The notes: generated by a model not told the origin, from the letters alone. 25,812 bases of DNA from an archaeon (GCA_043814055.1 JBDRKL010000002.1:1-25812); one strand, 5' to 3'; numbered from the stretch's first letter, positions 1-8,781 are shown. Numbers and translations: made by a program.

Positions 1-198
1 GACCTGAATGTTTACCGCGCAGGGCGAAAAATGCTTGACGCAGGGGTTGTCCCGCTCGGCGACATGCTCCCGGAGACTGCGTACGTGAAACTCGGCTGGG
101 TGCTTGGGCATAAGGGCTGGGATGCGAAAGAAATGATGCTGAAAAACTTCGCTGGGGAAATAAAAGAGCGGAGCGACGCTGAATCCTTCCTGTACTAA
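1..198 (+). CDS. gatD: Glutamyl-tRNA(Gln) amidotransferase subunit D, 3' end (partial)
   Basis: Frame 1, translated by hand: DLNVYRAGRKMLDAGVVPLGDMLPETAYVKLGWVLG...NFAGEI...FLY*. DMLPETAYVKL is the GatD/asparaginase C-terminal motif. It lies directly upstream of gatE. Confidence 0.93.
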   Translation, partial: DLNVYRAGRKMLDAGVVPLGDMLPETAYVKLGWVLGHKGWDAKEMMLKNFAGEIKERSDAESFLY

Positions 199-217
199 AC
201 GTGGTTTGTGAAATACA

Positions 218-2065
218 ATGAATCTGGACTATAAGAAACTCGGACTTAAGTGTGGTTTAGAAATTCATCAACAGCTTGACACAGGCAAATTGTTCTGTCG
301 CTGCCCATCGATTATGCAGGAGCGCGACCCTGATTTCAAGTTTGAGAGAAAGCTCCACGCAGTGGCAGGAGAAACCGGATTAATTGACCCTGCGGCTCTG
401 CAGGCCTACCTCGCAGACCATTCTTACACTTACCACGCTTTCAGGGAATCAAACTGCCTGGTTGAGCTGGACGAGGAGCCGCCGGGCCCGATGGACTCAA
501 CTGCGCTGGACACTGTACTCACAGTTTCAAAAATGCTGAACTGCGACGTGATTGACGAAGTGCACGTTATGCGCAAGACTGTTATTGACGGGTCAAACGT
601 TTCGGGCTTTCAAAGAACCTCTCTGGTCGCGGTGAATGGCAGTTTCAAGGTTGGTGATCTTGAGGTTAAAATCCCGACAATCTGCATTGAGGAAGATGCA
701 GCGCGGAAAGTTGATGAAAAGGATGGCACAGTCACGTATAGCCTTGACCGATTAGGAATCCCGCTTATTGAATTAGCCACAGACCCGTGCATCACAACTC
801 CGGAGCAGGCTAAAGAGGTTGCGAAGGCAATTGGTGCAATACTCCGAGCTACGCGGCAAGTGAAGCGCGGCATTGGAACAATCCGGCAGGACGTGAATAT
901 TTCAATCAGGGAAGGTGCACGAGTTGAGCTTAAGGGGCTTCAGGACTTGAGCATTCTTTCAAAATCTGTGGAGCTTGAGGTTCAAAGGCAAGTTGGGCTA
1001 CTTGAGATTAAAAACGAATTGAAGAAAAGGAAAGCGAAAGTTGATTCAAAGCCAGCTGATGTTTCAAAACTCTTTGCAAAGAGCGAGTCAAAAGTAATCA
1101 AATCCGCGCTTGAGAAATCCGGCTCAATTTACGGTTTAAAACTCAGCGGGTTCGCCGGGCTTTTGAAAAAAGAATTACAGCCGGACAGGCGATTCGGCTC
1201 AGAGCTTGCGGATTACGCGAAAGCTTACGGCTCCAAGGGATTATTCCACAGCGATGAATTGCCGAACTATGGAATAACTGAAAAAGAAATTGAAACTGTG
1301 CGGAAAGAGCTCGGTTGCAAAGAAAACGACGCGTTCATACTCATCGCGGAGCAAAAAGATGTTTGCGAGAAATGCATCAAGGCGGTTGCGGAGCGGGCTC
1401 AAATTGCATTTGAAGGAGTTCCGGAGCAGACCCGCAGAGTTCTGCCGGAAGGAACCAGCGCGTTTATGCGGCCTCTGCCAGGCGGAGCAAGGATGTACCC
1501 TGAAACTGATTTGTCGCCGATTGTGATTACTGACAAAAAGCTCAAAGAGTTGAAGCTGCCGAAGCTGCCGTGGGAGCAGATTGCCGAGCTCGGGAAAAAG
1601 CATGGACTTTCAAAAGAAGTCGCGGGCGAGTTGTACGATTCAATGTACCTTGAGCTGTTTGAGAAATTGGTCAAGGAATATGATTCAAGTATTCTTGCCA
1701 CCACGTTTACGAATCACATCAAAGCTTTGGAAGACCCTCAAGTGCTCCAGGAAGAACATTTCAAAGACTTGTTCAAATCTTTGAAGCAGGGCAAGTTCAG
1801 CAAAGAGGCGATTCCAGACATTCTTGAGAAATGGGCTGAGCAGCCTGGTTCTAAGCTGAGCAATTTGGTCTCTGACTTGGGGGTGGAGGGTATTGGAGTC
1901 AAAGACCTTGAATCTATAATTAAAAAAGTTGTTGACTCAAACAAAAAGCTTATTGAGGAAAAAGGAGAAAGAGCTTTGCAACCGCTGATGGGCATGGTTA
2001 TGAAAGAGGCTAGGGGCAAAGCTGATGGTAAGAAAGTTATGGAGCTGTTGAAGAAAGCCCTCTAA
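218..2065 (+). CDS. gatE: Glutamyl-tRNA(Gln) amidotransferase subunit E
   Basis: Motifs GLKCGLEIHQQL, KLFCRCP, RKTVIDGSNVSGFQRT, LDRLGIPLIE, RGIGTIRQDVNISI, HSDELPNYGI (insertion domain), RPLPGGARMYPETD, and a YqeY-like tail (LMGMVMKEARGKADG). Confidence 0.98.
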   Translation: MNLDYKKLGLKCGLEIHQQLDTGKLFCRCPSIMQERDPDFKFERKLHAVAGETGLIDPAALQAYLADHSYTYHAFRESNCLVELDEEPPGPMDSTALDTVLTVSKMLNCDVIDEVHVMRKTVIDGSNVSGFQRTSLVAVNGSFKVGDLEVKIPTICIEEDAARKVDEKDGTVTYSLDRLGIPLIELATDPCITTPEQAKEVAKAIGAILRATRQVKRGIGTIRQDVNISIREGARVELKGLQDLSILSKSVELEVQRQVGLLEIKNELKKRKAKVDSKPADVSKLFAKSESKVIKSALEKSGSIYGLKLSGFAGLLKKELQPDRRFGSELADYAKAYGSKGLFHSDELPNYGITEKEIETVRKELGCKENDAFILIAEQKDVCEKCIKAVAERAQIAFEGVPEQTRRVLPEGTSAFMRPLPGGARMYPETDLSPIVITDKKLKELKLPKLPWEQIAELGKKHGLSKEVAGELYDSMYLELFEKLVKEYDSSILATTFTNHIKALEDPQVLQEEHFKDLFKSLKQGKFSKEAIPDILEKWAEQPGSKLSNLVSDLGVEGIGVKDLESIIKKVVDSNKKLIEEKGERALQPLMGMVMKEARGKADGKKVMELLKKAL

Positions 2066-2067
2066 CC

Positions 2068-2943
2068 CTACTCAGCCGCGAACTTCTCGACCTTCTCAAC
2101 AATCAAATCCGAGATTCTCTCAGCGTTTTCCTTTGTGCTTCCGCCAAGGTGCGGGGTCATAATCACGTTTTCAAGCCCCTTGAAAGGATTGCTCTCCGGC
2201 GGCTCCTTTGAGTAAACGTCAATTCCAGCACCACCGACCTTTCCGGACTTCAGCGCTTCAGCCAAATCAGCTTCATTCACGATTCCGCCGCGCGCAGTGT
2301 TGATAATTATTACGCCGTCCTTCATCTTCGCAATTGAGTCCTTATTTATGCTGTTCTCAGTGTCCGGTGTCTTCGGCACGTGAATTGTCAGAATGTCCGC
2401 GTTCCGCACAACATCATCAAGGCTGACCTTTTTCACATAGTCCAGCATTTTCCTGTCCGAGCGGCAGCAGCCAATTATGTGCATTCCAAAAGCGTGAGCC
2501 CTTTTCGCAACTTCTTCTCCAATTCTGCCGTAGCCATAGATTCCAATGGTCTTGCCGTAGAGCTCAGTTCCCTTCAGCTCCTTCTTGAGCCACTCGCCTG
2601 CGTCCATTGAGTTGTGCGACTTGATGAGCTTCCTGCGAATTCCGAGCGCCAGCGCAAATACCATCTCAGCGACTGCGACTGACGCTGCTTCAGGCGTGTT
2701 CTCCGCGCGGATTCCATTCGCTTCGCAGTATGCCTTGTCAATGTTGTCCATTCCAACTCCGCCACGTATTATGTATTTGATATTCTTGCACTTTTTCAAG
2801 TACTCAGCCGTGGCTTTTGTAGCGCTTCTAATCAGAATCACGTCAGCGTCCTTGCAGTCCTCTTTATTCTCTGTCACTTCGCCGAACTTAGCCAGCCGCG
2901 CAGGGAGCTCGGGTGAGAAAGGGTCTGAAATTAAAATTTTCAT
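2068..2943 (-). CDS. D-isomer-specific 2-hydroxyacid dehydrogenase (3-phosphoglycerate dehydrogenase-like, no ACT domain)
   Basis: Motifs IIRGGVGMDNID, GIYGYGRIG (Rossmann), INTARGGIV, GIDVYSKEP and TPHLGGST. It follows a class-V aminotransferase on the same strand. Confidence 0.9.
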   Translation of the reverse strand: MKILISDPFSPELPARLAKFGEVTENKEDCKDADVILIRSATKATAEYLKKCKNIKYIIRGGVGMDNIDKAYCEANGIRAENTPEAASVAVAEMVFALALGIRRKLIKSHNSMDAGEWLKKELKGTELYGKTIGIYGYGRIGEEVAKRAHAFGMHIIGCCRSDRKMLDYVKKVSLDDVVRNADILTIHVPKTPDTENSINKDSIAKMKDGVIIINTARGGIVNEADLAEALKSGKVGGAGIDVYSKEPPESNPFKGLENVIMTPHLGGSTKENAERISDLIVEKVEKFAAE

Positions 2944-2952
2944 TTCAAAGCC

Positions 2953-2960
2953 TCACCTCC
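2953..2960 (-). promoter_or_regulatory. Shine-Dalgarno site (GGAGGTGA) for the dehydrogenase
   Basis: The + strand reads tcacctcc at 2953-2960, 9 nt from the ATG at 2943. This fits a downstream cistron of an operon. Confidence 0.8.
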
Positions 2961-3019
2961 TTTACCAGCTTTGAAGTGGAACACGAAGCTCACCAGTTTG
3001 TTAAGGGCTTTGTGTCTCA

Positions 3020-4114
3020 TTATAGCCCCGCTTCCTGCTCAACAGCCGCGAGCAAGCCCTTGATATCGTCAAGCTGCATGTCGCCCATGTGTGCAATCCT
3101 GAAGGTCTTCTCTTTCAGGTCGCCGTAGCCGTTGCTCAGAACCATTCCGTGCTTGGAGCTTAGCGCCTTGTTCAGGTCTGCGATGTTTATGCCCTTTGTG
3201 TTCGTTATTGCAGTCAGCGAGTTGGAGCGGAAACCTTCCTGCGCGAAGAGCTCAAAGCCCTTCTCAACAGCCCAGTTCCTCACATAGTCAGCCATCTCAG
3301 CGTGTCTTTTATAACGATTCTCCATTCCTTCCTCAAGCATCTTGCACAGAACTTTGTGCAGTCCGTAAATCTGCGGTATCGCTGGCGTGGTTGGGGTTTG
3401 GCTCTTCTCGTCGTACTTCTTGAACGCCTGGAAGTCAAAGTAGTAGCCGCGGTTTTTCATCGTCTCGGACTTCTCCATTGCTTTCTTGCTCACTGTGAAT
3501 ACAGCGAGTCCTGGCGGAAGCGAGAATGCTTTCTGAACACTTGCGAGGCACACGTCAATTCCGAGCTTGTCAACGTCAATCGGCACAGTGGTCATTGAGC
3601 TCACTGCGTCAACAAGGAACATCACGTCTGGGTATTTCTTCATTACTTCTGCGACTTCCTCAATCGGGTTCATTACGCCGGCGCTGGTCTCGTTGTGCAC
3701 GAAGGTCAGCGCGTCGTATTCGCCTGATGCGAGCTTCTCGTCAATCATCTCTGCGGTTATGCCCTGGCCCATCTCAACTTCAAGGAAGTCAACTTCCCTG
3801 CCGTTCATCTCCACGACTTCGCCCCACTTCTTTGAGAACGCGCCGCAGGCGCAGCACAGGGCTTTCTTCTCAATGCAGTTTCTTATTGCAGCTTCCCAGA
3901 CTCCTGTCGCGGAGCTGGTTGATAAAAATACAAACGCGTCCTGTGCGCCCAGGACTTCCTTCAGCTTGGTCCTGCACTCAGCATACAGGTCCTTGAACTG
4001 CTGGCTTCGGTGGCCAATCATTGGCCTGCCAACCTCTTCGAGCACGTCGGGGAATACCTCAACGGGCCCTGGTATAAAAAGCTTTACGTGTTTCTTCCAA
4101 GATTCTTCTGCCAT
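3020..4114 (-). CDS. Class-V PLP aminotransferase (alanine/serine-glyoxylate family; probable archaeal-type phosphoserine aminotransferase)
   Basis: Motifs LFIPGPVEV, IGHRS, VHNETSAGV, VDAVSS, PLP-lysine motif SVQKAFSLPPGL, TPTTPA and FRIAHMG. Confidence 0.9.
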   Translation of the reverse strand: MAEESWKKHVKLFIPGPVEVFPDVLEEVGRPMIGHRSQQFKDLYAECRTKLKEVLGAQDAFVFLSTSSATGVWEAAIRNCIEKKALCCACGAFSKKWGEVVEMNGREVDFLEVEMGQGITAEMIDEKLASGEYDALTFVHNETSAGVMNPIEEVAEVMKKYPDVMFLVDAVSSMTTVPIDVDKLGIDVCLASVQKAFSLPPGLAVFTVSKKAMEKSETMKNRGYYFDFQAFKKYDEKSQTPTTPAIPQIYGLHKVLCKMLEEGMENRYKRHAEMADYVRNWAVEKGFELFAQEGFRSNSLTAITNTKGINIADLNKALSSKHGMVLSNGYGDLKEKTFRIAHMGDMQLDDIKGLLAAVEQEAGL

Positions 4115-4251
4115 CTTATTTTTCTCCTTCTCTCCCCTTTAATACTATAATCCGACTCCCTGCCGGGATTTACATAACCGTAGGGTGTGCTTAAATAGTT
4201 TGCGCAGGAGCAGGCACAAGCTTTAAATCCCCTCCTGCCCTACCTCTTTTT

Positions 4252-4425
4252 ATGAAAACCTGCGACCTTACTCAGCTCGGGCTTGACTTCCTCACCGTGA
4301 GCGCCGGAATGTTCCTGTTTTTCATGGTATTCGGTGAGTACACCGCGATAAAGCTCCTGCTCATACCCGCGGTGGCTGGAATGATAGTGCTGCTGTTTTC
4401 TGTTACGAGAAAGGACTCCTGCTAA
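4252..4425 (+). CDS. Small membrane protein, 57 aa, two predicted TM helices (not in ORF track)
   Basis: MKTCDLTQLGLDFLTVSAGMFLFFMVFGEYTAIKLLLIPAVAGMIVLLFSVTRKDSC*. TATA-like TTTAAAT at 4222-4228. Its TAA abuts the ATG of the CPBP gene at 4426. Confidence 0.7.
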   Translation: MKTCDLTQLGLDFLTVSAGMFLFFMVFGEYTAIKLLLIPAVAGMIVLLFSVTRKDSC

Positions 4426-5028
4426 ATGGACAATAAGCTCAAGGCGGTGCTGCTTTTCGCCGCGGTCTGCCTGCTCTCTGCTGCATTTTACTTTCTCACC
4501 CCGGCGACTCCTGCCGGCAGAATCGGCTCCCAGGGCTTTTTTCTCCTCATAATCCCTATTTTCATTGCCTACAAGCTCGGGTTGAAAGGGAAAGACATCG
4601 GGCTCTCATTCAAGCACAAGCGCAGGATAATTTTATACTCAATTGGGCTAATTCTGCTCGCAACGCCGATAATGCTCTACGCGTGCCAGCTCCCTGTGTT
4701 TCAAATGTACTATCCAAGGTTTGCCGCGCTCACTATTTCAGATTTTGTGATTGGAGAAATGCTGGTCTTCCCGCTCTTCCTGTTCCAGGAATTCTTTTTC
4801 AGAGGCTTCGCGCTGTTTCAATTGAAAAAATATGTTGGCGATTACGCGATTGTCCTCTCAGCGATTCCATACACGCTCGTGCACATCGGCAAGCCAATGC
4901 CTGAGGTTTATTTCTCGTTCTTCGCCGCGCTGGTGTTTGGTTATGTTTGTTTGAAATCAAAGTCATTCTTGCCGGCGTTTATTCCGCATTATGTGAGTTC
5001 AGTAATATTTGATGTGTTGTGTTGGTAA
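4426..5028 (+). CDS. CPBP (Abi / type II CAAX) family intramembrane glutamic protease
   Basis: Multi-TM protein with motif 1 QEFFFRG (canonical EExxxR), motif 2 YTLVHIGKP and motif 4 PHY. Confidence 0.85.
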   Translation: MDNKLKAVLLFAAVCLLSAAFYFLTPATPAGRIGSQGFFLLIIPIFIAYKLGLKGKDIGLSFKHKRRIILYSIGLILLATPIMLYACQLPVFQMYYPRFAALTISDFVIGEMLVFPLFLFQEFFFRGFALFQLKKYVGDYAIVLSAIPYTLVHIGKPMPEVYFSFFAALVFGYVCLKSKSFLPAFIPHYVSSVIFDVLCW

Positions 5029-5105
5029 TTAACCAAAGGCGAGTAATTTGCTCGGTAGCGCTGTAACTTCACAAACTTGTGCAGCGCACGGTGTCAACTG
5101 ACGTT

Positions 5106-5768
5106 TCACTTGCATTCCAAAAACGTAGCATCATTAAACATGCCCCTAAGCTTTCCGTAATACTCTTTGTATTCACACTCTTCATTATCAAGGCACTTGT
5201 AAACAAAATCAAAATCTGAAACAGTCGGGTCAAGCTGTAGCCAGGCGTTGTCCACGCGAGCCACAACCCAGGCGTGCGTGTCGTTCTCAAGCGCGCCGCC
5301 GTAAACAATGTATGACTCAATGCCCATTGCGCGCAGCATTGAAACAAGCAGGACAGATTTGTCAGTGCAGTCCCCAGCGCCGGTCTCAAGCACGTCAGAC
5401 GCGTTGCGCCAGTCAGAGTAAACAAGATATGAAATGTTTGAAGTGAACTCGTGGAGCTTGTAAATCTTTTCTATGTCTGTTTCAGCCCCGGCGCAGAGCC
5501 CTGTCGCAAGGTTCCTTATTTCAGCGTCTTCAGCAAGAACATCATCCTTCTGAGGGGACATCACCTGGTTAAAATTGCACTGCGCCATAAGCTCGTCAAA
5601 ACTCACGCTCCAATTCTCCTTGTTCTCGTCCCACTGGCTCGTCACTGCGTATGCAGTCATCTTGTTCTCCAGAACAGGCTCAGCATTCAGGTTTCCGTTC
5701 ACTGAAAGCACTCCGCCAAAAGCAATAACAACTATGGCAAGGACCAACAGGATAACCTTCTTATTCAT
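5106..5768 (-). CDS. Secreted or membrane-anchored transglutaminase-like cysteine protease
   Basis: Catalytic triad motifs GDCTD, HAWV and LDPT. I moved the start from 5807 to the ATG at 5768 (MNKKVILLVLAIVVIAFGG signal/anchor) because a TTTATAA box lies about 25 nt upstream (5792-5798, - strand). Confidence 0.85.
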   Translation of the reverse strand: MNKKVILLVLAIVVIAFGGVLSVNGNLNAEPVLENKMTAYAVTSQWDENKENWSVSFDELMAQCNFNQVMSPQKDDVLAEDAEIRNLATGLCAGAETDIEKIYKLHEFTSNISYLVYSDWRNASDVLETGAGDCTDKSVLLVSMLRAMGIESYIVYGGALENDTHAWVVARVDNAWLQLDPTVSDFDFVYKCLDNEECEYKEYYGKLRGMFNDATFLECK

Positions 5769-5836
5769 GGCAAATCCGTGTGTAATATGTATTATAAAGG
5801 TTTCCAAACCTCTGGCAATTAGCAGTTGGCTAAAAG

Positions 5837-6586
5837 CTAAATCCTAAAAAGCGCTTTCGCATTGTTCGTGGTCGCGTCCGCAACCTCTTCAAGCGTGAGC
5901 TCGTTAATCCGCGCAATCTCCTCTGCTGCGATGCGAACATTTGCTGGCTCGTTCTTCTCTTCTTTGCTCGGGCCCAAGTAAGGTGAATCTGTCTCAAGCA
6001 GGAGGTTCTCAAGCGGAATCTCAGCAAGCTTCTGCAGTTGGTCATTCCTCACTATGCTCGGCGGGATTGAGAAATAGTAGCCGAGCGCAACTCCCTCAAG
6101 CGCGACCTTGAAATCGCCGTCAAACGAGTGCATGCACACTTTCTCCGCGTTCTTTTGCTTGAGAATTTCAATTGCGTATTTTCCAGCTGAGCGGGAATGC
6201 ACAACAACAGGCAGGTCAAGCTCCTGCGCAAGGTCAATGAACAGCCCGAAAATCTCGTTCTGACTCTCCTTGTCCAGCGTGCCATTCACTTTCCAGTAGT
6301 CCAGACCAATCTCCCCAACCGCGACTATGCGCTCCTTGTGCTGCCTGATAAAATCAGCGGTTTTCTCTGCCTCGCCCATATCCAAACTGCACGGGTGATG
6401 CCCGAGCGCGGGCCTGATGAGCGGGAACTCCTTGCTCAACCTGAGGATTTTGCGGTTCTCCTTGTCGGTTTCCCCTGCGTCAATTACAGCGATTACACCT
6501 GCTTTCTTCGCGTTTTTAAGCATCCGCTCGCGGTCCTGGTCCAGTTCAGGGATGTTCAAATGCGCGTGCACGTCCACGAATTCCAT
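5837..6586 (-). CDS. tatD: TatD family metal-dependent hydrolase/nuclease
   Basis: Motifs DVHAHL, GHHP, AVGEIGLDY, PVVVHSR, MHSF, LLETDSPYL and NEPANV. Confidence 0.95.
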   Translation of the reverse strand: MEFVDVHAHLNIPELDQDRERMLKNAKKAGVIAVIDAGETDKENRKILRLSKEFPLIRPALGHHPCSLDMGEAEKTADFIRQHKERIVAVGEIGLDYWKVNGTLDKESQNEIFGLFIDLAQELDLPVVVHSRSAGKYAIEILKQKNAEKVCMHSFDGDFKVALEGVALGYYFSIPPSIVRNDQLQKLAEIPLENLLLETDSPYLGPSKEEKNEPANVRIAAEEIARINELTLEEVADATTNNAKALFRI

Positions 6587-6649
6587 ATAAACTTAATAAT
6601 ATGACATAACTTAAATAGTAGATGGAGCACATAATATAAGCGAGTAAAA

Positions 6650-7759
6650 ATGCAGACAGACGACGACACTTCGACAATCGTAAAGCAAATTAACACGTAC
6701 GATAGTTCTTTTGTTACTCTCGGTGATGGTGCCGTGGGCAAGACAGATTTGTGGAAGAAATTTCTTGACCCTAACTACGACCCCCGCACTCTGCAATACT
6801 CAGGTTCCACCCATATGAAGGGTGTTGTCCTTAAAAACAAGAAATTTTCAGGCGGCGTAATGTATCAGTGCGACACAATGGGTCAGCGCGAATTTCTTCT
6901 TGGAGACGATTTTCCTGCTGTTGCAGTTGGCATAAACGCGCTTCTGCTGGTGGCGAGAATAACTGACACTGCGAACGGCACAAAAATAGATTTTAAGACT
7001 GTTTATTCGCCTAAAAAAGGCGAGGGTCTGAACCACGATTTCATCCCGCTCATCCTGAAATACACTCGCCAGGTTCCGGTTGTAATTGCAGTAACGCACC
7101 TGGACAAGATAGACCCGCATTATTATCCCGAGCTGCGACCTTCTTCAAGGGACGCTCAGTATGAAAGGCAGATACAGGCAAATGAAACTTTCCGCGCAGC
7201 ACTAGGTAAGCTTTTTGAGGATTTCCCGCAGCTCAAATCATACCAGAAAAAAGGGCTTCTGAAAGTGCGCGTGTGCAGCAATGTTACCGGCTACAATGTT
7301 ATTACGGATGATGGCATTTTCACAACTCTTTCAGGAATGATGGAGAAGTCAAATGAGGATTACAAAGCAGTGTTCAAGTTTAAGAAAGGCGCAAAGAAAT
7401 CTGAGTTTCTGGAAAACGTCCACGAGCTATACAGATACTGGCGAAATGATGATGAAGGCACAAAAGTAACGCTTAAAGCCTGCGAAGGCAAGGATCCCAT
7501 GACTCAATATGGTATAATGTTCCGAAGCTTATTCAGGTTCAAGGAATCTTTTTACGCCGCAGAGGCGTTCGCCAAGGCAATGATTAGCGTTATTGAAGCG
7601 TATTCTCAGGCGGTTTCAGCTGAAGCCCGCCCGGGCCTGGAAGCTTTTGCAAAAGCCATAAAAGGCTCGCTAAAAGCTGAGCAGGATAAGAATACCAACA
7701 AGGAAAAAGCAGAGGCTGCAGAACGATTCTTAAAAGACCTTCAAGCCCGCACTATGTAA
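6650..7759 (+). CDS. Ras-superfamily (Rho/ROC-like) small GTPase domain plus uncharacterised helical C-terminal domain
   Basis: G1 GDGAVGKT (6722-6745), candidate G2 YSGST, G3 DTMGQ (6872-6886), G4 PVVIAVTHLD (THLD at 7094-7105) and G5-like VCSNVTGYNV (CSN at 7274-7282), in the expected order. Confidence 0.75.
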   Translation: MQTDDDTSTIVKQINTYDSSFVTLGDGAVGKTDLWKKFLDPNYDPRTLQYSGSTHMKGVVLKNKKFSGGVMYQCDTMGQREFLLGDDFPAVAVGINALLLVARITDTANGTKIDFKTVYSPKKGEGLNHDFIPLILKYTRQVPVVIAVTHLDKIDPHYYPELRPSSRDAQYERQIQANETFRAALGKLFEDFPQLKSYQKKGLLKVRVCSNVTGYNVITDDGIFTTLSGMMEKSNEDYKAVFKFKKGAKKSEFLENVHELYRYWRNDDEGTKVTLKACEGKDPMTQYGIMFRSLFRFKESFYAAEAFAKAMISVIEAYSQAVSAEARPGLEAFAKAIKGSLKAEQDKNTNKEKAEAAERFLKDLQARTM

Positions 7760-7761
7760 TT

Positions 7762-8682
7762 TCACTCCTTAAACTCAACCTCGTCAATGTCTCCATCTGA
7801 GTCTGCGTCTATCCCTATCACAACTTTTGCCTTAATCTTCGGGTTCTTCTTGTTGCCTTTTGTTATCTCCTCAAAATTCTTGAGAAATGCGAGCGTCGCA
7901 GCCCGCGTTCCTGAATACCTGATTCCTGCGATAACAAGAATCTTCTTGCCCTTTGCGTAAGGGTTGTCAATCTTTACTATGAGCCCAGCTTCGCCTGCCT
8001 CGTATTTCTTTTTGGTAATGTCTGATTTTATTCTCCAGTGCTCGTCTTTCTCAAATCTAATTGGCATTTTTGCATTGAACTTCTCCACAACCTTGTTCAC
8101 TGCCGGACCTCCGATGAGAATTAAATTATCGCGCAGATGCTCCTTGCGGATTTCAGTGTCAACGCGCACTTTGGACATTGGAACATAAGTTATAAAAGTG
8201 CCGAGGAAAAGCGCAAGGTCAATCCCGTAGTACCCGTCCCGCGGTCTTGTGCGCTCAGGTCCGTGCGCCATTGGGTCTCCAATAACTATGGTCGCGTTGA
8301 GCTGATTATTTTCAATAAATGGTTCCAGAAACTTGCCGCCGCTTCCTTTCTTGAGCACGTCGCCTGCCTGTTCAAAATCCTTGAACCTGAGCAGGAACGC
8401 AGGGGAGCTTAGCGAGTAATACTTCGCAACAGCGCCGTGGTGATTCTCGTGCATGTCAACTTTTATAATTCCGGCTTTCTCCAAATTGCGGATGTGGTAG
8501 TAAACCTTCTGCTCGTGGGTCTTGAGCTTGTCCGCGATTTCCTTTGGGTACGCAGGGCCCTCTGCGAGTATCCTGAGAATCCTCTGCGCGAGGTCAGAGC
8601 TCAAGCTTCTCAAATGCTGACCCTCAACCTCCTGCACTGGCAGAGACTTGAGAACATTCTCTTCTCTTTTTATTACATCCAT
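7762..8682 (-). CDS. ArsR/winged-HTH transcriptional regulator fused to an S-layer-C-terminal-like domain
   Basis: N-terminal HTH (RILRILAEGPAYPKEIADKLKTHEQKVYYHIRNLEKAGII). The C-terminal part has NLILIGGPAVN and ILVIAGIRYSGTRAA, motifs seen in archaeal S-layer C-terminal-like domains. Confidence 0.75.
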   Translation of the reverse strand: MDVIKREENVLKSLPVQEVEGQHLRSLSSDLAQRILRILAEGPAYPKEIADKLKTHEQKVYYHIRNLEKAGIIKVDMHENHHGAVAKYYSLSSPAFLLRFKDFEQAGDVLKKGSGGKFLEPFIENNQLNATIVIGDPMAHGPERTRPRDGYYGIDLALFLGTFITYVPMSKVRVDTEIRKEHLRDNLILIGGPAVNKVVEKFNAKMPIRFEKDEHWRIKSDITKKKYEAGEAGLIVKIDNPYAKGKKILVIAGIRYSGTRAATLAFLKNFEEITKGNKKNPKIKAKVVIGIDADSDGDIDEVEFKE

Positions 8683-8706
8683 AGTTACAAATCTTTTTTT
8701 ATTAGC

Positions 8707-8756
8707 TATTTAAATAATTTGTTAATCATGAATCTTTTTTTAATAAAGCTTAAATA
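8707..8756. promoter_or_regulatory. Divergent archaeal promoters (HTH regulator / glmS transcript)
   Basis: Palindromic TATTTAAATA at 8707-8716 is about 25 nt from the regulator ATG (8682). AAAGC-TTAAATA at 8745-8756 is about 25 nt upstream of the ATG at 8782. Confidence 0.6.
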
Positions 8757-8781
8757 CGTTCTTTTGGATTGAGTCTGTCTT

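Noticed and set aside
5029-5105. tRNA in the 77-nt spacer
   Set aside because: No T-loop (GTTCRA) or D-loop consensus and no acceptor stem on either strand.
610-6604. Alternative ORFs overlapping the housekeeping genes (e.g. 2585-2974, 3526-3996, 3567-4142, 6197-6604)
   Set aside because: They are shadow frames of well-supported genes and have no recognisable motifs.
7700-7759. CAAX prenylation signal linking the GTPase to the nearby CPBP protease
   Set aside because: The GTPase ends in QARTM with no cysteine, and the two genes are separated and not co-transcribed.
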